A stretch of 64,000 bases of DNA. It comes from an uncultured Anaerolineaceae bacterium. Lineage in GTDB: Bacteria; Chloroflexota; Anaerolineae; Anaerolineales; UBA4823. Below the pieces are notes generated by a model. That model did no database searches. It was given only the letters and a program-made list of their open reading frames with translations, and was not told where the DNA came from. Location: contig CAZWFQ010000001.1 in assembly GCA_964633225.1 (NCBI GenBank), positions 137,477 to 201,476 on the forward strand, in the 5' to 3' direction. Shown here piece after piece: positions 25,031 to 34,489 of this stretch (the first letter of the stretch is position 1; the number at the start of each line of letters is the position of its first letter). Made by a program: the position numbers and the translations under genes.

Positions 25031-27601
25031 TTAACTTCGCAGCTTTGCGCCGGTCTCTTGCTCCAGCCGGCGGATGATCTTCTGGCGCACCTGGGCCACA
25101 TCTTTATCGGTCAGGGTGCGGTCAGAGGCCTGGTAAGTCAGGCTGTAAGCCAGGCTTTTCTTTGCCATGCCAAGCTGCTCAGAACGGTAGACATCGAACA
25201 AGCGTACCTCGGTCACCGTGCGCCCGCCAGCCTGGCGGATCAGCTCCGCCACACGGTCGGCCGGGACGACCTCGTCCACTACCACAGCCAGGTCTTCTAG
25301 CACGGGCGGGAAGGCCGCCACGCTGCTCATTTCGTAGCGCTCAGGCGCCAGGGCCAATAGAGAGGTCAGGTCCAGCTCAGCCGCCAGCACGGCCCCTGCC
25401 GGGAAGTCGTAGCGTTCGCTCACCAGGGGGTGCAGCTCGCCGAACACGCCCAGGGGTTGGCCGCCAATCCACAAGCGGGCGCACTTGCCTGGGTGGAAGC
25501 TGGGGTGTTCAACCGGTTCAATGCGCAGGGCAGAAAGATGCAAGCTGCTTAGCAGCCCTTCCAGCACGCCTTTGAGATCATAGAAATCCATCGGCTCGGT
25601 ATCTGCCTTTTGCCAGCCGGCTGGGCTGCGCGTTCCGGTCATTACAATTGCCAGGTGCAGCAGTTCATCGGGCAAAGCCCCCTCTTCAGAGGCCAGGAAG
25701 ACCGGCCCGATTTCGAATAAGGCCAGGCGTGGGCGCAGGCGGATATTGCGTTCAGCTGCTTCCAGCACGCTCGAAAGCAAGCTGTGGCGCAGCACATTAC
25801 GGTCGCTGGCCATGGGGTTGGCCAGGTACAGGTAAGGCTTATCCTCAGGCGGCGTGCCGGGCGCCACGCGGCGTGCTTCACGGTCTGGGTGGGTCAGCCG
25901 GTAGCTGACGATTTCTGTCAGACCCATTTCAACCAACAGGTCGCGCACCCGTTCTTCACGCTCTAGCGAGGGATTATTGCGTTGGGGGGGCAGGGCATCG
26001 GCCATGCGGGTCTCTGGGATGTGGTCATATCCATAGATGCGGGCGATCTCTTCGATCAGGTCAGCTTTCCCGATCAACTCGGTGCCAATGTCCATGCGGT
26101 GGTCGGGTGCCTGCGCCAGGATGGAGACGCCATCTTGGGTCTTCTTCACCTGGCAACCGAATTCCAGGCTTTCCAGGATTTGGACGATCTGCTCAACCGG
26201 AACGGGGATGCCCAGCAGGCGTTCTACCTCTTGGGGGGTGATCTCTACCTGGGGATCGCTGGCAGGCAGGGGGTAATCGTCTACCAGGCCCTGGCAAATG
26301 GCGCCGCCGCCCAGCATGCGCATCAGCTCCAGGCCGCGGCGCACGCCGCGCTCGGCCATAGCGGGGTGCACGCCGCGTGAGAAGCGGTAGGCGGCCTCAG
26401 ATTGCAGCTTTTGAACACCCATCGTGCGACGGACGTTGATGTAGTTCCAGGCCGCACCTTCCAGCAGGATATTGCGGGTCTGGTCGTTCACCTCAGATTC
26501 TGCCCCACCCATCACGCCTGCGATCGAGAGCGCCCCGGCAGTGTCGCACACCAGCACGCTGAAATCATTCAGGCTGCGTTCTATCCCATCCAGGGTGGTC
26601 AGGCGTTCACCGGCTGTGGCGGTGCGGGTAATGATGGTGGGGGCCTTGCCGCCGGCGCGCTGTAGCAGCACGTCGTAATCGAAAGCATGCAGGGGCTGGC
26701 CGATCTCCAGCATCACGTAATTGGTGATATCCACCAGGTTATTGATGGGACGCATACCTGCCAGCTTGAGGCGACGCTGCATCCAATAGGGGCTGGGGCC
26801 GATCTTTAGGCCCTGGATCAGCCCAAGCACAAAGCGTGGGTTCAGCTCAGGGTTGCTGATCTGGATGCTGGCTTTGCCATCGATGGAAGGGCCCTCAGGC
26901 GTGTAGCTGAAGAAGCCTGGCATAAGGCGCAGCGGCTGGCCGGTGATGGCTGCTACTTCGCGTGCTACTCCCAGGATGCTGGCTGTGCGGGCTGTGTTGG
27001 GCAGGATGGCGATATTGAGCACTGCATCGCCGATATAATCTGCCAGGGGCAGCCCCACCGGGGCTTCATCATCCAGGATGATAATGCCATCGTGTTCTTC
27101 CGAGATGCCCAGCTCTTTTTCCGAGCAGATCATGGAGTAAGATTCAATCCCTCGGATCTTGGCTGGTTTGAGGGTGGTCAGCACCTGGCCGGGCTGGTGC
27201 CCATCGTAGATGCGGGCACCCTGGCGGGCGTAAGCCACCTTGAGCGGCGTGGGCAACGGTCCGCTGCCTTTGAGATGCTGCAAGTTGGGGGCGCCGGTCA
27301 GCACAATGTGCTCGCGTTCGCCATCATCCAGCTTGCACAGCACCAGGCGGTCAGCATTGGGGTGCGGCATCACCTCCGATACCGAGGCAACCACAATCTT
27401 ATCTGGCTCCCAGGATAACCCAGAGAGCTTGGTATCCAGCTTACCGTGCCCTTCTGCCCCCGCCAGGCCGGCAGGCATGGGGAGCCCAACGAGGGTCATT
27501 TCTTCCACTTCCAGCCCGGCCATGGTCAGGCGGTGAGCCAGCTCATCCAGGGGCAGGGTAATATCAACGAAATCTCGTAACCAAGAAATAGGAACTTTCA
27601 T
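25031..27601 (-). CDS. pheT: Phenylalanine--tRNA ligase beta subunit
   Basis: 856 aa with the typical N-terminus MKVPISWLRDFVDI. It lies downstream of pheS after a 48-nt spacer containing an AGAGG Shine-Dalgarno sequence. Confidence 0.96.
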   Translation of the reverse strand: MKVPISWLRDFVDITLPLDELAHRLTMAGLEVEEMTLVGLPMPAGLAGAEGHGKLDTKLSGLSWEPDKIVVASVSEVMPHPNADRLVLCKLDDGEREHIVLTGAPNLQHLKGSGPLPTPLKVAYARQGARIYDGHQPGQVLTTLKPAKIRGIESYSMICSEKELGISEEHDGIIILDDEAPVGLPLADYIGDAVLNIAILPNTARTASILGVAREVAAITGQPLRLMPGFFSYTPEGPSIDGKASIQISNPELNPRFVLGLIQGLKIGPSPYWMQRRLKLAGMRPINNLVDITNYVMLEIGQPLHAFDYDVLLQRAGGKAPTIITRTATAGERLTTLDGIERSLNDFSVLVCDTAGALSIAGVMGGAESEVNDQTRNILLEGAAWNYINVRRTMGVQKLQSEAAYRFSRGVHPAMAERGVRRGLELMRMLGGGAICQGLVDDYPLPASDPQVEITPQEVERLLGIPVPVEQIVQILESLEFGCQVKKTQDGVSILAQAPDHRMDIGTELIGKADLIEEIARIYGYDHIPETRMADALPPQRNNPSLEREERVRDLLVEMGLTEIVSYRLTHPDREARRVAPGTPPEDKPYLYLANPMASDRNVLRHSLLSSVLEAAERNIRLRPRLALFEIGPVFLASEEGALPDELLHLAIVMTGTRSPAGWQKADTEPMDFYDLKGVLEGLLSSLHLSALRIEPVEHPSFHPGKCARLWIGGQPLGVFGELHPLVSERYDFPAGAVLAAELDLTSLLALAPERYEMSSVAAFPPVLEDLAVVVDEVVPADRVAELIRQAGGRTVTEVRLFDVYRSEQLGMAKKSLAYSLTYQASDRTLTDKDVAQVRQKIIRRLEQETGAKLRS

Positions 27602-27649
27602 AATCGACCTCTACAATCAGCGTGCATCCGCGTGGTGGCGCGGTTTCAC

Positions 27650-28675
27650 CTAAAACTGCTCCAAGAAGCGCACATCATTGCCCCAGAAGTAGCGGATATC
27701 TTCGATCTTGTAGCGCAGCATCGCGATGCGCTCTGGGCCCATGCCAAACGCAAAGCCAGAGAACTCCAACGGGTCATAGCCGCCGTTGCGCAGCACGGTG
27801 GGGTGCACCATGCCGCAGCCCAAGATCTCCAGCCAGCCTGTGCCTGAGCAAACCCCACAGCCTTTGCCGCCGCACAAGAAGCATTCCACATCCATCTCGG
27901 CGCTGGGCTCGGTGAAGGGGAAGTAGGAGGCACGGAAGCGTGTACGCACCTGCTCGCCAAACATGCGGCGGGCAAAATCGCTCAGCGTGCCTTTCAAGTC
28001 GCCAAAGGTGATCTGCCGTCCAACTGCCAACCCTTCCACCTGGTTGAATTGGGTCTCTTTGCGAGCGCTGATCTGCTCATAACGGAAACACATCCCCGGC
28101 AGGATGACACGGATGGGCTGGGGCACGTATTCGCGCATCACATGGATCTGCCCTGGCGAGGTGTGGGTGCGCAGCAGCACGCCGGGGGCTGTGGTGTGGA
28201 AGGTATCCCACATATCCCGCGCGGGGTGGTGGGCAGGGATGTTGAGCAGCTCGAAGTTGTATTCGTCTGACTCGATCTCGCGCGAGCGGTAGATCTGGAA
28301 GCCCATATCCGCAAAGATGCGGTAAATTTGCCGTAGGATCTGGGTGGATGGGTGCAGGCGGCCGCGTCCAATTGGCCGGCCGGGCAGGGTCACATCCAGG
28401 CGCTCGGCTGTGAGCGAGCGGGTCAGGGCAGCCTGGCGCATGGCCTCAGATTGTTCTGCCAGGGCGCCCTCCAGCTTGCGCTTGACCTCGTTGGCCCGCC
28501 GCCCGATCAGGGGGCGCTCTTCTTTCGAGAGCTTGCCAAGCTGGTCAAAAGCCTGCATCAGCGGCGCGCTGCGCCCTAAATAGGCGATCCGCCACTGTTC
28601 CAGGCCGGCTTCGTCCTGCACGGCTTGCAGGGCAGCCAGGGCCGCGTTTTCGATCTGTTCCAATTGTGTGAGCAT
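27650..28675 (-). CDS. pheS: Phenylalanine--tRNA ligase alpha subunit
   Basis: Class II motifs FRASYFPFTEPSAE, GCGMVHPTVL and AFGMGPERIAML. I chose the start at ATG 28675 (MLTQLEQIENA...), preceded by GGAGGTG. The longer track ORF runs into the T-box leader. Confidence 0.95.
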   Translation of the reverse strand: MLTQLEQIENAALAALQAVQDEAGLEQWRIAYLGRSAPLMQAFDQLGKLSKEERPLIGRRANEVKRKLEGALAEQSEAMRQAALTRSLTAERLDVTLPGRPIGRGRLHPSTQILRQIYRIFADMGFQIYRSREIESDEYNFELLNIPAHHPARDMWDTFHTTAPGVLLRTHTSPGQIHVMREYVPQPIRVILPGMCFRYEQISARKETQFNQVEGLAVGRQITFGDLKGTLSDFARRMFGEQVRTRFRASYFPFTEPSAEMDVECFLCGGKGCGVCSGTGWLEILGCGMVHPTVLRNGGYDPLEFSGFAFGMGPERIAMLRYKIEDIRYFWGNDVRFLEQF

Positions 28676-29008
28676 GTTCACCTCCGCAAAATAAAAAATC
28701 CCGCCCCAGGCAAGGGACGGGAGGCGTTTCCCGCGGTACCACCCTTGTTGGCTGCATGATTGTGGTAACAATGGCTATCGTTACCTTTTTAGCAGCCCGC
28801 TTTGGCTGACGTATTCATCAGCTCCCCTGGTAACGCCGGGGGTGCGTCCTGAGCTATTAAGCACTCACTTGAGAGGGCTATTCACCCAGGCGGCTCGGGA
28901 GGGAACTTCACGCAGATTTGGCCGGGCGGGGGTTCCAGTCTATGCCGCCCGCTTCCCTGTCGGCTTCTGCAGCGCTACTTTCCTCTTTCTCAGCCTTTGA
29001 AGGTTGAT
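28676..29008 (-). promoter_or_regulatory. T-box riboswitch leader (tRNA-Phe-sensing) upstream of pheST
   Basis: The reverse strand contains an AGUA box (AAAGTAGC), an F-box-like GCGTTACC and the T-box core AAGGGTGGTACCGCGGGAAA (plus-strand 28732-28744 for GGGTGGTACCGCG). The UGGU bulge fits an A73 discriminator. A terminator hairpin and U-run follow. A UUC triplet in GUGAAGUUCCC (28905-28903) is a candidate specifier. Confidence 0.85.
28688..28722 (-). terminator. T-box leader terminator (attenuator) hairpin plus U-tract
   Basis: The reverse strand reads TCCCGTCCC-TTGCCT-GGGGCGGGA followed by TTTTTTATTTT. The GGAGGTG Shine-Dalgarno sequence and the pheS ATG follow. Confidence 0.8.
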
Positions 29009-29014
29009 GTCCTA

Positions 29015-29042
29015 ATTATCTGCAAAATGGGGGTTCTGTCAA
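29015..29042 (-). promoter_or_regulatory. Sigma-70-type promoter for the T-box/pheST transcript (TTGACA-16-GATAAT)
   Basis: On the reverse strand, TTGACA (29042-29037) is followed by a 16-nt spacer and GATAAT (29020-29015). Confidence 0.55.
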
Positions 29043-29070
29043 CCCTTTCTGAAGCAGAGAATACCAAATA

Positions 29071-29099
29071 TTGACTACTCTTTTCTCGTAGGTTATGAT
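29071..29099 (+). promoter_or_regulatory. Sigma-70-type promoter (TTGACT-17-TATGAT) upstream of the PPIase gene
   Basis: TTGACT at 29071-29076, a 17-nt spacer and TATGAT at 29094-29099. A second TATAAT at 29166-29171 sits exactly 6 nt before the ATG at 29178. Confidence 0.5.
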
Positions 29100-29177
29100 C
29101 GAGTAATTCCAGAGAAACTTCATAATCCTTAACCGTAAAACCATGCCAAACACGCTAGTATCAACTATAATTACCCC

Positions 29178-30095
29178 ATGAACTTGCGTATAATCAACTC
29201 AATTGTTTTGGCAGCCTTTTGTTTGCTGCTGGCAGCCTGCAATGGCGAGATCACGGCTCCCACGATTGGTGGAGGCCCATCACCAACTGCGGAGGCACCT
29301 TCGAATGTGCCAGCCACAGAAACCCCCATTCCTACCCCCACGCCCACCCCTGTTCCATTGGCGGCTGTGGTCAATGGCGAAGCGATTACGCTGGAAGAAT
29401 ACCAGGCCAACCTGGGCATGTTCCCGGCCTCATCTGGCACGAATCTGGCAACGGATGCACAACAGATGGTATTGGACGACCTGGTGGACCAGGCCTTGCT
29501 GGCTCAGGGTGCGCGCCAGGCCGGTTTTGTGGTGGATGATGCGGCCTTGCAGGCGCGCTGGGATGCTCTGGCGAACAGCTTGGGTGGCGTACAGGCCTTG
29601 AACGATTGGGCAGCCGCACATGGGTTTTCTGAGCCGCTCCTGCGGGTTGCTTTGCGGCGGGCTGCCGAGGCCGCCTGGATGCGTGACCAAATCATGGCTG
29701 GCGTCGGAGAAGTTGCCGAACAAGCACACGCTCGCCAGATTTTGCTATATAATTCTAGTGATGCAGAACAGGCTTACGCCTGGTTGCAAAGTGGTGTGGA
29801 TTTCGCTGGGTTAGCCGCCGATTATGATCCGCTGGCTGGTGGCGAGCTGGGTTGGTTTCCCAGGGCTTACCTGACTGAAGCGGCGGTCTTGGATGATGCG
29901 ATCTTTTCACTTGAACCCGGCAGCTATACAACAGTGATTGAAACCCGCCTGGGTTTCCACATCATCCAGTTGATTGAGAAGGACGCTGAGCATTTGTTGA
30001 CTCCTGAGGCCCGCCGGATGCTCCAGATGCAAGCGCTGCAAAACTGGTTGGCAGAACAACGCAGCCAGGGTAATATACAAGTGATGCTGCCATAA
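29178..30095 (+). CDS. PrsA/SurA-like parvulin-type peptidyl-prolyl isomerase lipoprotein
   Basis: 305 aa. Signal peptide with lipobox LLAAC. Rotamase block HARQILLYN...GGELGWFPRAYL...GFHIIQLIEK. Confidence 0.85.
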   Translation: MNLRIINSIVLAAFCLLLAACNGEITAPTIGGGPSPTAEAPSNVPATETPIPTPTPTPVPLAAVVNGEAITLEEYQANLGMFPASSGTNLATDAQQMVLDDLVDQALLAQGARQAGFVVDDAALQARWDALANSLGGVQALNDWAAAHGFSEPLLRVALRRAAEAAWMRDQIMAGVGEVAEQAHARQILLYNSSDAEQAYAWLQSGVDFAGLAADYDPLAGGELGWFPRAYLTEAAVLDDAIFSLEPGSYTTVIETRLGFHIIQLIEKDAEHLLTPEARRMLQMQALQNWLAEQRSQGNIQVMLP

Positions 30096-30153
30096 CCCAT
30101 TTCAATAGCGGCTGGCCCGGGCAACAGCCCACTGCCGCTGGGGAGAGAAATTT

Positions 30154-30876
30154 ATGTCTATCAATACTTTTGGTCGTCCAAACATCCGCCGGATTGCCAG
30201 TGAGCGGGGAGATTCCAGTATGACCTGGAATGTCCTGACGGTGGTGGTGCTTATCTTGATGTTGTGTGTCGCGGCTGTCTTCCTGGTGATCTTCATCAAT
30301 CCCGGCGTAGGCATCAATCCCTTCCCGCCGCCAACACTGCCTCCCATTCCGACCATGCCGCCTCCGCCCACTGCCACGGTTACGCCGCGTTTCCAGCTTC
30401 AGCCCTCATGGACGCCCACTGAGCAAAGTGTTCTACCGGTAGAGGCCACACCAGTTGTGGCTGATGCCACCGAGGTGCCCGCCACGCCCATGCCGGGTAA
30501 TTTCAGCTTTGTCTTGCACGCCGGGGATCCTAAATATATTGCGGGCCATCCAGAAGCTGGCTGTAATTGGTTGGGTGTGGCTGGGCAAGCCCTGGATATG
30601 CAAGGCCGGTCGGTGCCTTACCTGTTGGTGCAGATGGGCGGCATGTTTGAGGGTGTGACCATTGATACGGTGATCCAGGTGACTGGCATGGCGCCGGATT
30701 ATGGCAAAGCAGGCTATGAATTCAAGATTGGTGACCGGCCAACCGCCTCCAACGATGCCCTGTGGGTGCAACTGTTGGATGCCCAGCAGTTACCTCTCTC
30801 AGATAAAATCTATTTCGATACCTATACTGATTGCGATAAGAACTTGGTGATCATCAACTTCCAGCAAGTGCGCTAA
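30154..30876 (+). CDS. Hypothetical membrane-anchored protein with a Pro-rich linker and a C-terminal globular domain
   Basis: 240 aa with a GGAGAGAAA Shine-Dalgarno sequence. TM segment VLTVVVLILMLCVAAVFLVIFI, then a PPPTLPPIPTMPPPPT linker. The C-terminal domain is unassigned. Confidence 0.65.
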   Translation: MSINTFGRPNIRRIASERGDSSMTWNVLTVVVLILMLCVAAVFLVIFINPGVGINPFPPPTLPPIPTMPPPPTATVTPRFQLQPSWTPTEQSVLPVEATPVVADATEVPATPMPGNFSFVLHAGDPKYIAGHPEAGCNWLGVAGQALDMQGRSVPYLLVQMGGMFEGVTIDTVIQVTGMAPDYGKAGYEFKIGDRPTASNDALWVQLLDAQQLPLSDKIYFDTYTDCDKNLVIINFQQVR

Positions 30877-30902
30877 GCAATCGGTGGGGCGCATGCTCCC
30901 CC

Positions 30903-30950
30903 AAACAAGCGTGAGGCGGTGCCAATGCATCGCCTCACGCTTGTTTTTAT
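30903..30950 (+). terminator. Intrinsic terminator
   Basis: Perfect 16-bp stem: AAACAAGCGTGAGGCG (30903-30918) pairs with CGCCTCACGCTTGTTT (30931-30946). The loop can add about 3 bp. The stem runs into TTTTTAT. Confidence 0.8.
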
Positions 30951-30986
30951 ATGAATTCCATCCCCCCATTCTGAGGGGGGTAATGA

Positions 30987-31373
30987 TCAAGGGAAGAGCT
31001 TATTCCATAACGGTGGCCCAAGGATGAGCAGGCCAATCAAGATCGATGCCGCTGCTGCAATGAGCACTGCCGCCGCACCGACGTCTTTGCCCACCTTGGC
31101 CAGCTCATGATGCTCCTGGTGGCTGGCCAGGTCCACCACGGCTTCCAGGGCCGTGTTCAGAAATTCTGCGATCCACACCAGCGCAATGGCCAAGAAGATC
31201 ACGGCCCAATCGCTCAGCGAAATGCGCAGCCAGAATGACACCACCACCACGCTCACACTGACCAGCGCATGGATCCAGGCATTGCGTTGGGTGCGGATGA
31301 CATACCACCAGCCAGCGAAGGCATACCGAAAAGCCCGTCCGCGTGACTCGAAGAACTCAACCACAGGCTTCAT
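30987..31373 (-). CDS. dgkA: Diacylglycerol/undecaprenol kinase
   Basis: 128 aa with 3 TM segments. Blocks RNAWIH, EFLNTALEAVVDL and AKVGKDVGAAAVL. ATGA overlap with ybeY. Confidence 0.85.
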   Translation of the reverse strand: MKPVVEFFESRGRAFRYAFAGWWYVIRTQRNAWIHALVSVSVVVVSFWLRISLSDWAVIFLAIALVWIAEFLNTALEAVVDLASHQEHHELAKVGKDVGAAAVLIAAAASILIGLLILGPPLWNKLFP

Positions 31374-31816
31374 AGCTTGGGGGCAGCTTTGCAGCCGAGC
31401 TGTTCTAAAATGACATCTTGGGCAGTTTGCATGATCAGTTTTTCATCCGCCTCGCCATGATCGTGCCCAAGCAGGTGCAGCACACCGTGCACAACCAATA
31501 GCTGCAGCTCGTCCGATAGGGTGTGCCCTCCGGCGGTTGCTTGGGCCTGGGCCCGCGGCAGCGAAATGATCACATCGCCCAGGTAAAGCGCGTCTGAATC
31601 GGGGTCGGTATAACCTGCCGGGAAGGAAAGCACGTCGGTGGGTGCGTCTACGCTGCGGTATTGTTGGTTAAGCTCATGCAATTGCTCATCATCGCCGATC
31701 ACAACGGTCAGTTCGGCATTGGCCGGGGCGGCGCCATGCAGCAAGGTTAACGCTGCAGCGTGTTCAAGTATGCCCGTTTCGATTGTGGATGAGTCAGGGA
31801 TTTCGATATAGATCAT
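31370..31816 (-). CDS. ybeY: rRNA maturation endoribonuclease YbeY
   Basis: HGVLHLLGHDH zinc motif and DVLSFP. I chose the ATG at 31816 (MIYIEIPD...) over the GTG at 31849. Confidence 0.9.
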   Translation of the reverse strand: MIYIEIPDSSTIETGILEHAAALTLLHGAAPANAELTVVIGDDEQLHELNQQYRSVDAPTDVLSFPAGYTDPDSDALYLGDVIISLPRAQAQATAGGHTLSDELQLLVVHGVLHLLGHDHGEADEKLIMQTAQDVILEQLGCKAAPKL

Positions 31817-31856
31817 AGCCTTTTCTCTTGCCTGTTCGAGATAAACCACCGCTCAA

Positions 31857-34016
31857 TCATGATCTTCCAGCCTCTTTACTGGGTTCTTCAGGGGCCGCAT
31901 TTTGGGCCTGGTTCAGTTGGGGGTATTGGATGCGCGAGTGGTAAGCCCCCTGTAGCGTGGTGGTGAAAGATTCAACGATTGTATCCAGGTCGCGCAGGGT
32001 CAGGTTGGTTTCATCTAATTGGCCCAGCGTGCGGCGGCTTTCCACCATGTCACGGATCAGGGTGCGCAGCTCGTCTGCATCTTTGGGCCGCTCGGCGCGC
32101 ATGCGCGCTTCTGCCCCATCGGCCAGCATCAGCAGGGCTGTTTCACGCGACTGGGGGCGTGGACCTGGGTAACGGAAGGCATATTGATCCACTTTACTTT
32201 CATCGCCGCCGTTGGCTTCAACCGCTCGCACATATTGGTAGCGCGTGGTCAGGGTGCCGTGATGTTCGAGAATGAAGTCTTGCAAACGGCGCGGCAGACG
32301 GTATTTGCGAGCCAGGGTGACGCCGTCGGTGACATGGCGGATAATGGTCGCTGCGCTGACCGCCGGGTCCAGATCGTCGTGGGGGTTGATATCGCCGGGT
32401 GGCTGGTTTTCGATGAAAAAATAGGGATTGAGCGCTTTCCCGGCATCGTGATAAAGCGCCCCCACCCGGGCCAACGAGCCGTTTGCGCCGATGTGTTCGG
32501 CTGCCTGCTCGACCAGGTTGGCTAATTGCAGGCTGTGCTGGTAGGTGCCGGGGGCATTGCGCAGGATGTACTGTAAAAGTGGGTGGTCGGGGCGAGAAAG
32601 CTCCACCAACTGAAGCCCGGTGGTCATATCCATAATTTGCGCCAAGAAGTAGTGCAGCAGCAAGCTGATGCTGGTAGAAGCTACGCCGTTGACGACGGAT
32701 GCCCCAGCCAGGGTAGCCAACCCGACCACATCGGCCGTGGGCTGAAGCAGGCGGTAAGTGGTGGCGATCAGCGCGCCCGATATGGCAATGGCAGCCCCGG
32801 CAGCGAAGAAATCGGTGATCCGCCGGGCACGCTGCAGCGCAAAAATGCCAAAGATACTGCTCAAGGCATAGAACATGGTCAGGTCAAGGGCTGAAGGAAT
32901 CTGATAAGCAGCCAGGATTGCCAGGGGCAGGCTGGATATGATTGCCATTTCAGCCCCAAACAGTGCCGCCACGGTCAGGCCATAGGCCATCAGGGGGTAA
33001 ACGTATGGAATTACGGTACGACCAGGGATGATGAGCCGGGCGGCTAGCAGGAAGAAGATGAACAAAGCCAGCAAGACTGCCAGGCTGCGCAGGCCCAAAG
33101 GTGCTTTTACCAGAGCGCCCCGGCGGCGCAGATAGATGGCGATCAATGCACTGACCACCACGGTGATGATTACCGCGCTGAGAATATCTTGCCAGCGCTC
33201 TTCAGGTTGGGCCATGCCGTATTTCTCTAAGGCCTCAAGATCCTGATCGGTGATGACCTGGCCGCGTTGGACGATGTTTTGCCCCGCCACCAAAGAGCGC
33301 ATCACCGGCGGCGTATTTTGGCGGGCCTGCTGGCGGGCGGCTTCTGTCAGATCTTCATTGTAGATGCTGTTAGGGACGATGAAAGCCGTCACCAGTTCAG
33401 CCGTGATATCTGCCTGTTCTTCTGTGAGTGACAGGCTGATCAGCGTGGGCACATTACGCCGGACGTCCTCCAGGCGGTTTTCGCGCACGGTGTTGCGCAT
33501 GACCTGTTCTAGCACCACAATGGCTTCTTGATATACCACTTGCCAGCGTGCTTCGCTGAGGGAAAGAATTGCCAGGCCGGTATCGTGGCTGGTCTGCATG
33601 TATTCCAGGGCAGCCATGTCGGCCAGTTTTTGCTCACTGCTGGCATAACGGTCTGAGCGTACACTGCTGATATAGGCCAGGGCGGCACTCAGGCGTTCGA
33701 GCTGCTGGCGGGCGATCTCGGTATCGGGCGAGGAATAAACCAGGGCTACCGCGTTGGCGGTCAGCTCTTGCTGGCGTTGGGTAAGGACCTGGCTTTCGTA
33801 CGTTAGATCGTAAGGCGCCTCGATATCGTAAGGCGCAACCTGGCCGCTGTAAAGAGAAGCTTCGGCCAGGTTGCCAAACTCAGGCACGATCAGCGCGATA
33901 AAGATCCCACTGCTGAGAAGAAACAGCAACAAGCCCAGCACATAGGAACGCCGGGCAAAAAACTGTTTGAGCAGTGATTGGCCTGAGGGGATCGTTAACG
34001 CATGCAGCGTGCGCAT
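31857..34016 (-). CDS. pgpH: 7TM-receptor HD-domain phosphohydrolase (YqfF/PgpH-like, candidate c-di-AMP phosphodiesterase)
   Basis: 719 aa. An extracellular N-terminal region, seven TM helices, then an HD domain (GALYHDAGK, LEHHGT). Confidence 0.8.
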   Translation of the reverse strand: MRTLHALTIPSGQSLLKQFFARRSYVLGLLLFLLSSGIFIALIVPEFGNLAEASLYSGQVAPYDIEAPYDLTYESQVLTQRQQELTANAVALVYSSPDTEIARQQLERLSAALAYISSVRSDRYASSEQKLADMAALEYMQTSHDTGLAILSLSEARWQVVYQEAIVVLEQVMRNTVRENRLEDVRRNVPTLISLSLTEEQADITAELVTAFIVPNSIYNEDLTEAARQQARQNTPPVMRSLVAGQNIVQRGQVITDQDLEALEKYGMAQPEERWQDILSAVIITVVVSALIAIYLRRRGALVKAPLGLRSLAVLLALFIFFLLAARLIIPGRTVIPYVYPLMAYGLTVAALFGAEMAIISSLPLAILAAYQIPSALDLTMFYALSSIFGIFALQRARRITDFFAAGAAIAISGALIATTYRLLQPTADVVGLATLAGASVVNGVASTSISLLLHYFLAQIMDMTTGLQLVELSRPDHPLLQYILRNAPGTYQHSLQLANLVEQAAEHIGANGSLARVGALYHDAGKALNPYFFIENQPPGDINPHDDLDPAVSAATIIRHVTDGVTLARKYRLPRRLQDFILEHHGTLTTRYQYVRAVEANGGDESKVDQYAFRYPGPRPQSRETALLMLADGAEARMRAERPKDADELRTLIRDMVESRRTLGQLDETNLTLRDLDTIVESFTTTLQGAYHSRIQYPQLNQAQNAAPEEPSKEAGRS

Positions 34017-34036
34017 GAAAACATTTCCTCTGCTGC

Positions 34037-34483
34037 TTATTGCAGCAACTTCCGTACAGCCTGGCTGGCTTGGTCGCCGGTGGCGCGCCCTTGCAGGCGC
34101 GGAACCAGGTTTTTCATCACCTGCCCCATCTCACGAATGGAAGTGGCGCCGGTCTCCGCGATGACCTGGCGTGCCAGTTCTTCTAGCTCTGCGGGAGAGA
34201 TGGATTTGGGCAGGAATTCTTCTAAAATGATGATCTCAGCTTCTGCTGCTGCGATCAGGTCAGGTCGTTGGGCGCGCTCGGCATCTGTAATCGATTCGCG
34301 GCGCGACTTGACTTCCTTTTGAACAATCGCCAGGTAGGCGGTTTCATCCAGTTCTTTGCTGCCAGGCTGCACTTCAGCCAGCTTGATGGCAGCAATGGCC
34401 ATTCGAAGGGTATCTTTGCGCATCTTGTCGCCGGCGCGCAGGGCGTCTTTTAGTGCCTCTTGAAGTTTTGTCTTGGTATCCAT
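34037..34483 (-). CDS. yqeY: GatB/YqeY-domain protein
   Basis: 148 aa. MDTKTKLQEALKDALRAGDK...AIVQKEVKSRRESI...MGQVMK is the typical YqeY layout. Confidence 0.85.
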   Translation of the reverse strand: MDTKTKLQEALKDALRAGDKMRKDTLRMAIAAIKLAEVQPGSKELDETAYLAIVQKEVKSRRESITDAERAQRPDLIAAAEAEIIILEEFLPKSISPAELEELARQVIAETGATSIREMGQVMKNLVPRLQGRATGDQASQAVRKLLQ

Positions 34484-34489
34484 AATGTT

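Noticed and set aside
27650-28771. Extended N-termini proposed by the ORF track for pheS (28771), mtaB (35854), the mutase (12745), ybeY (31849), biotin carboxylase (57971), BCCP (56451), the FGE protein (52923), the DinB protein (52436) and metH (18521)
   Set aside because: In each case the extension overlaps a regulatory element or a neighbouring gene, starts at GTG or TTG, or lacks homology. A downstream ATG with a good Shine-Dalgarno sequence matches the expected family N-terminus.
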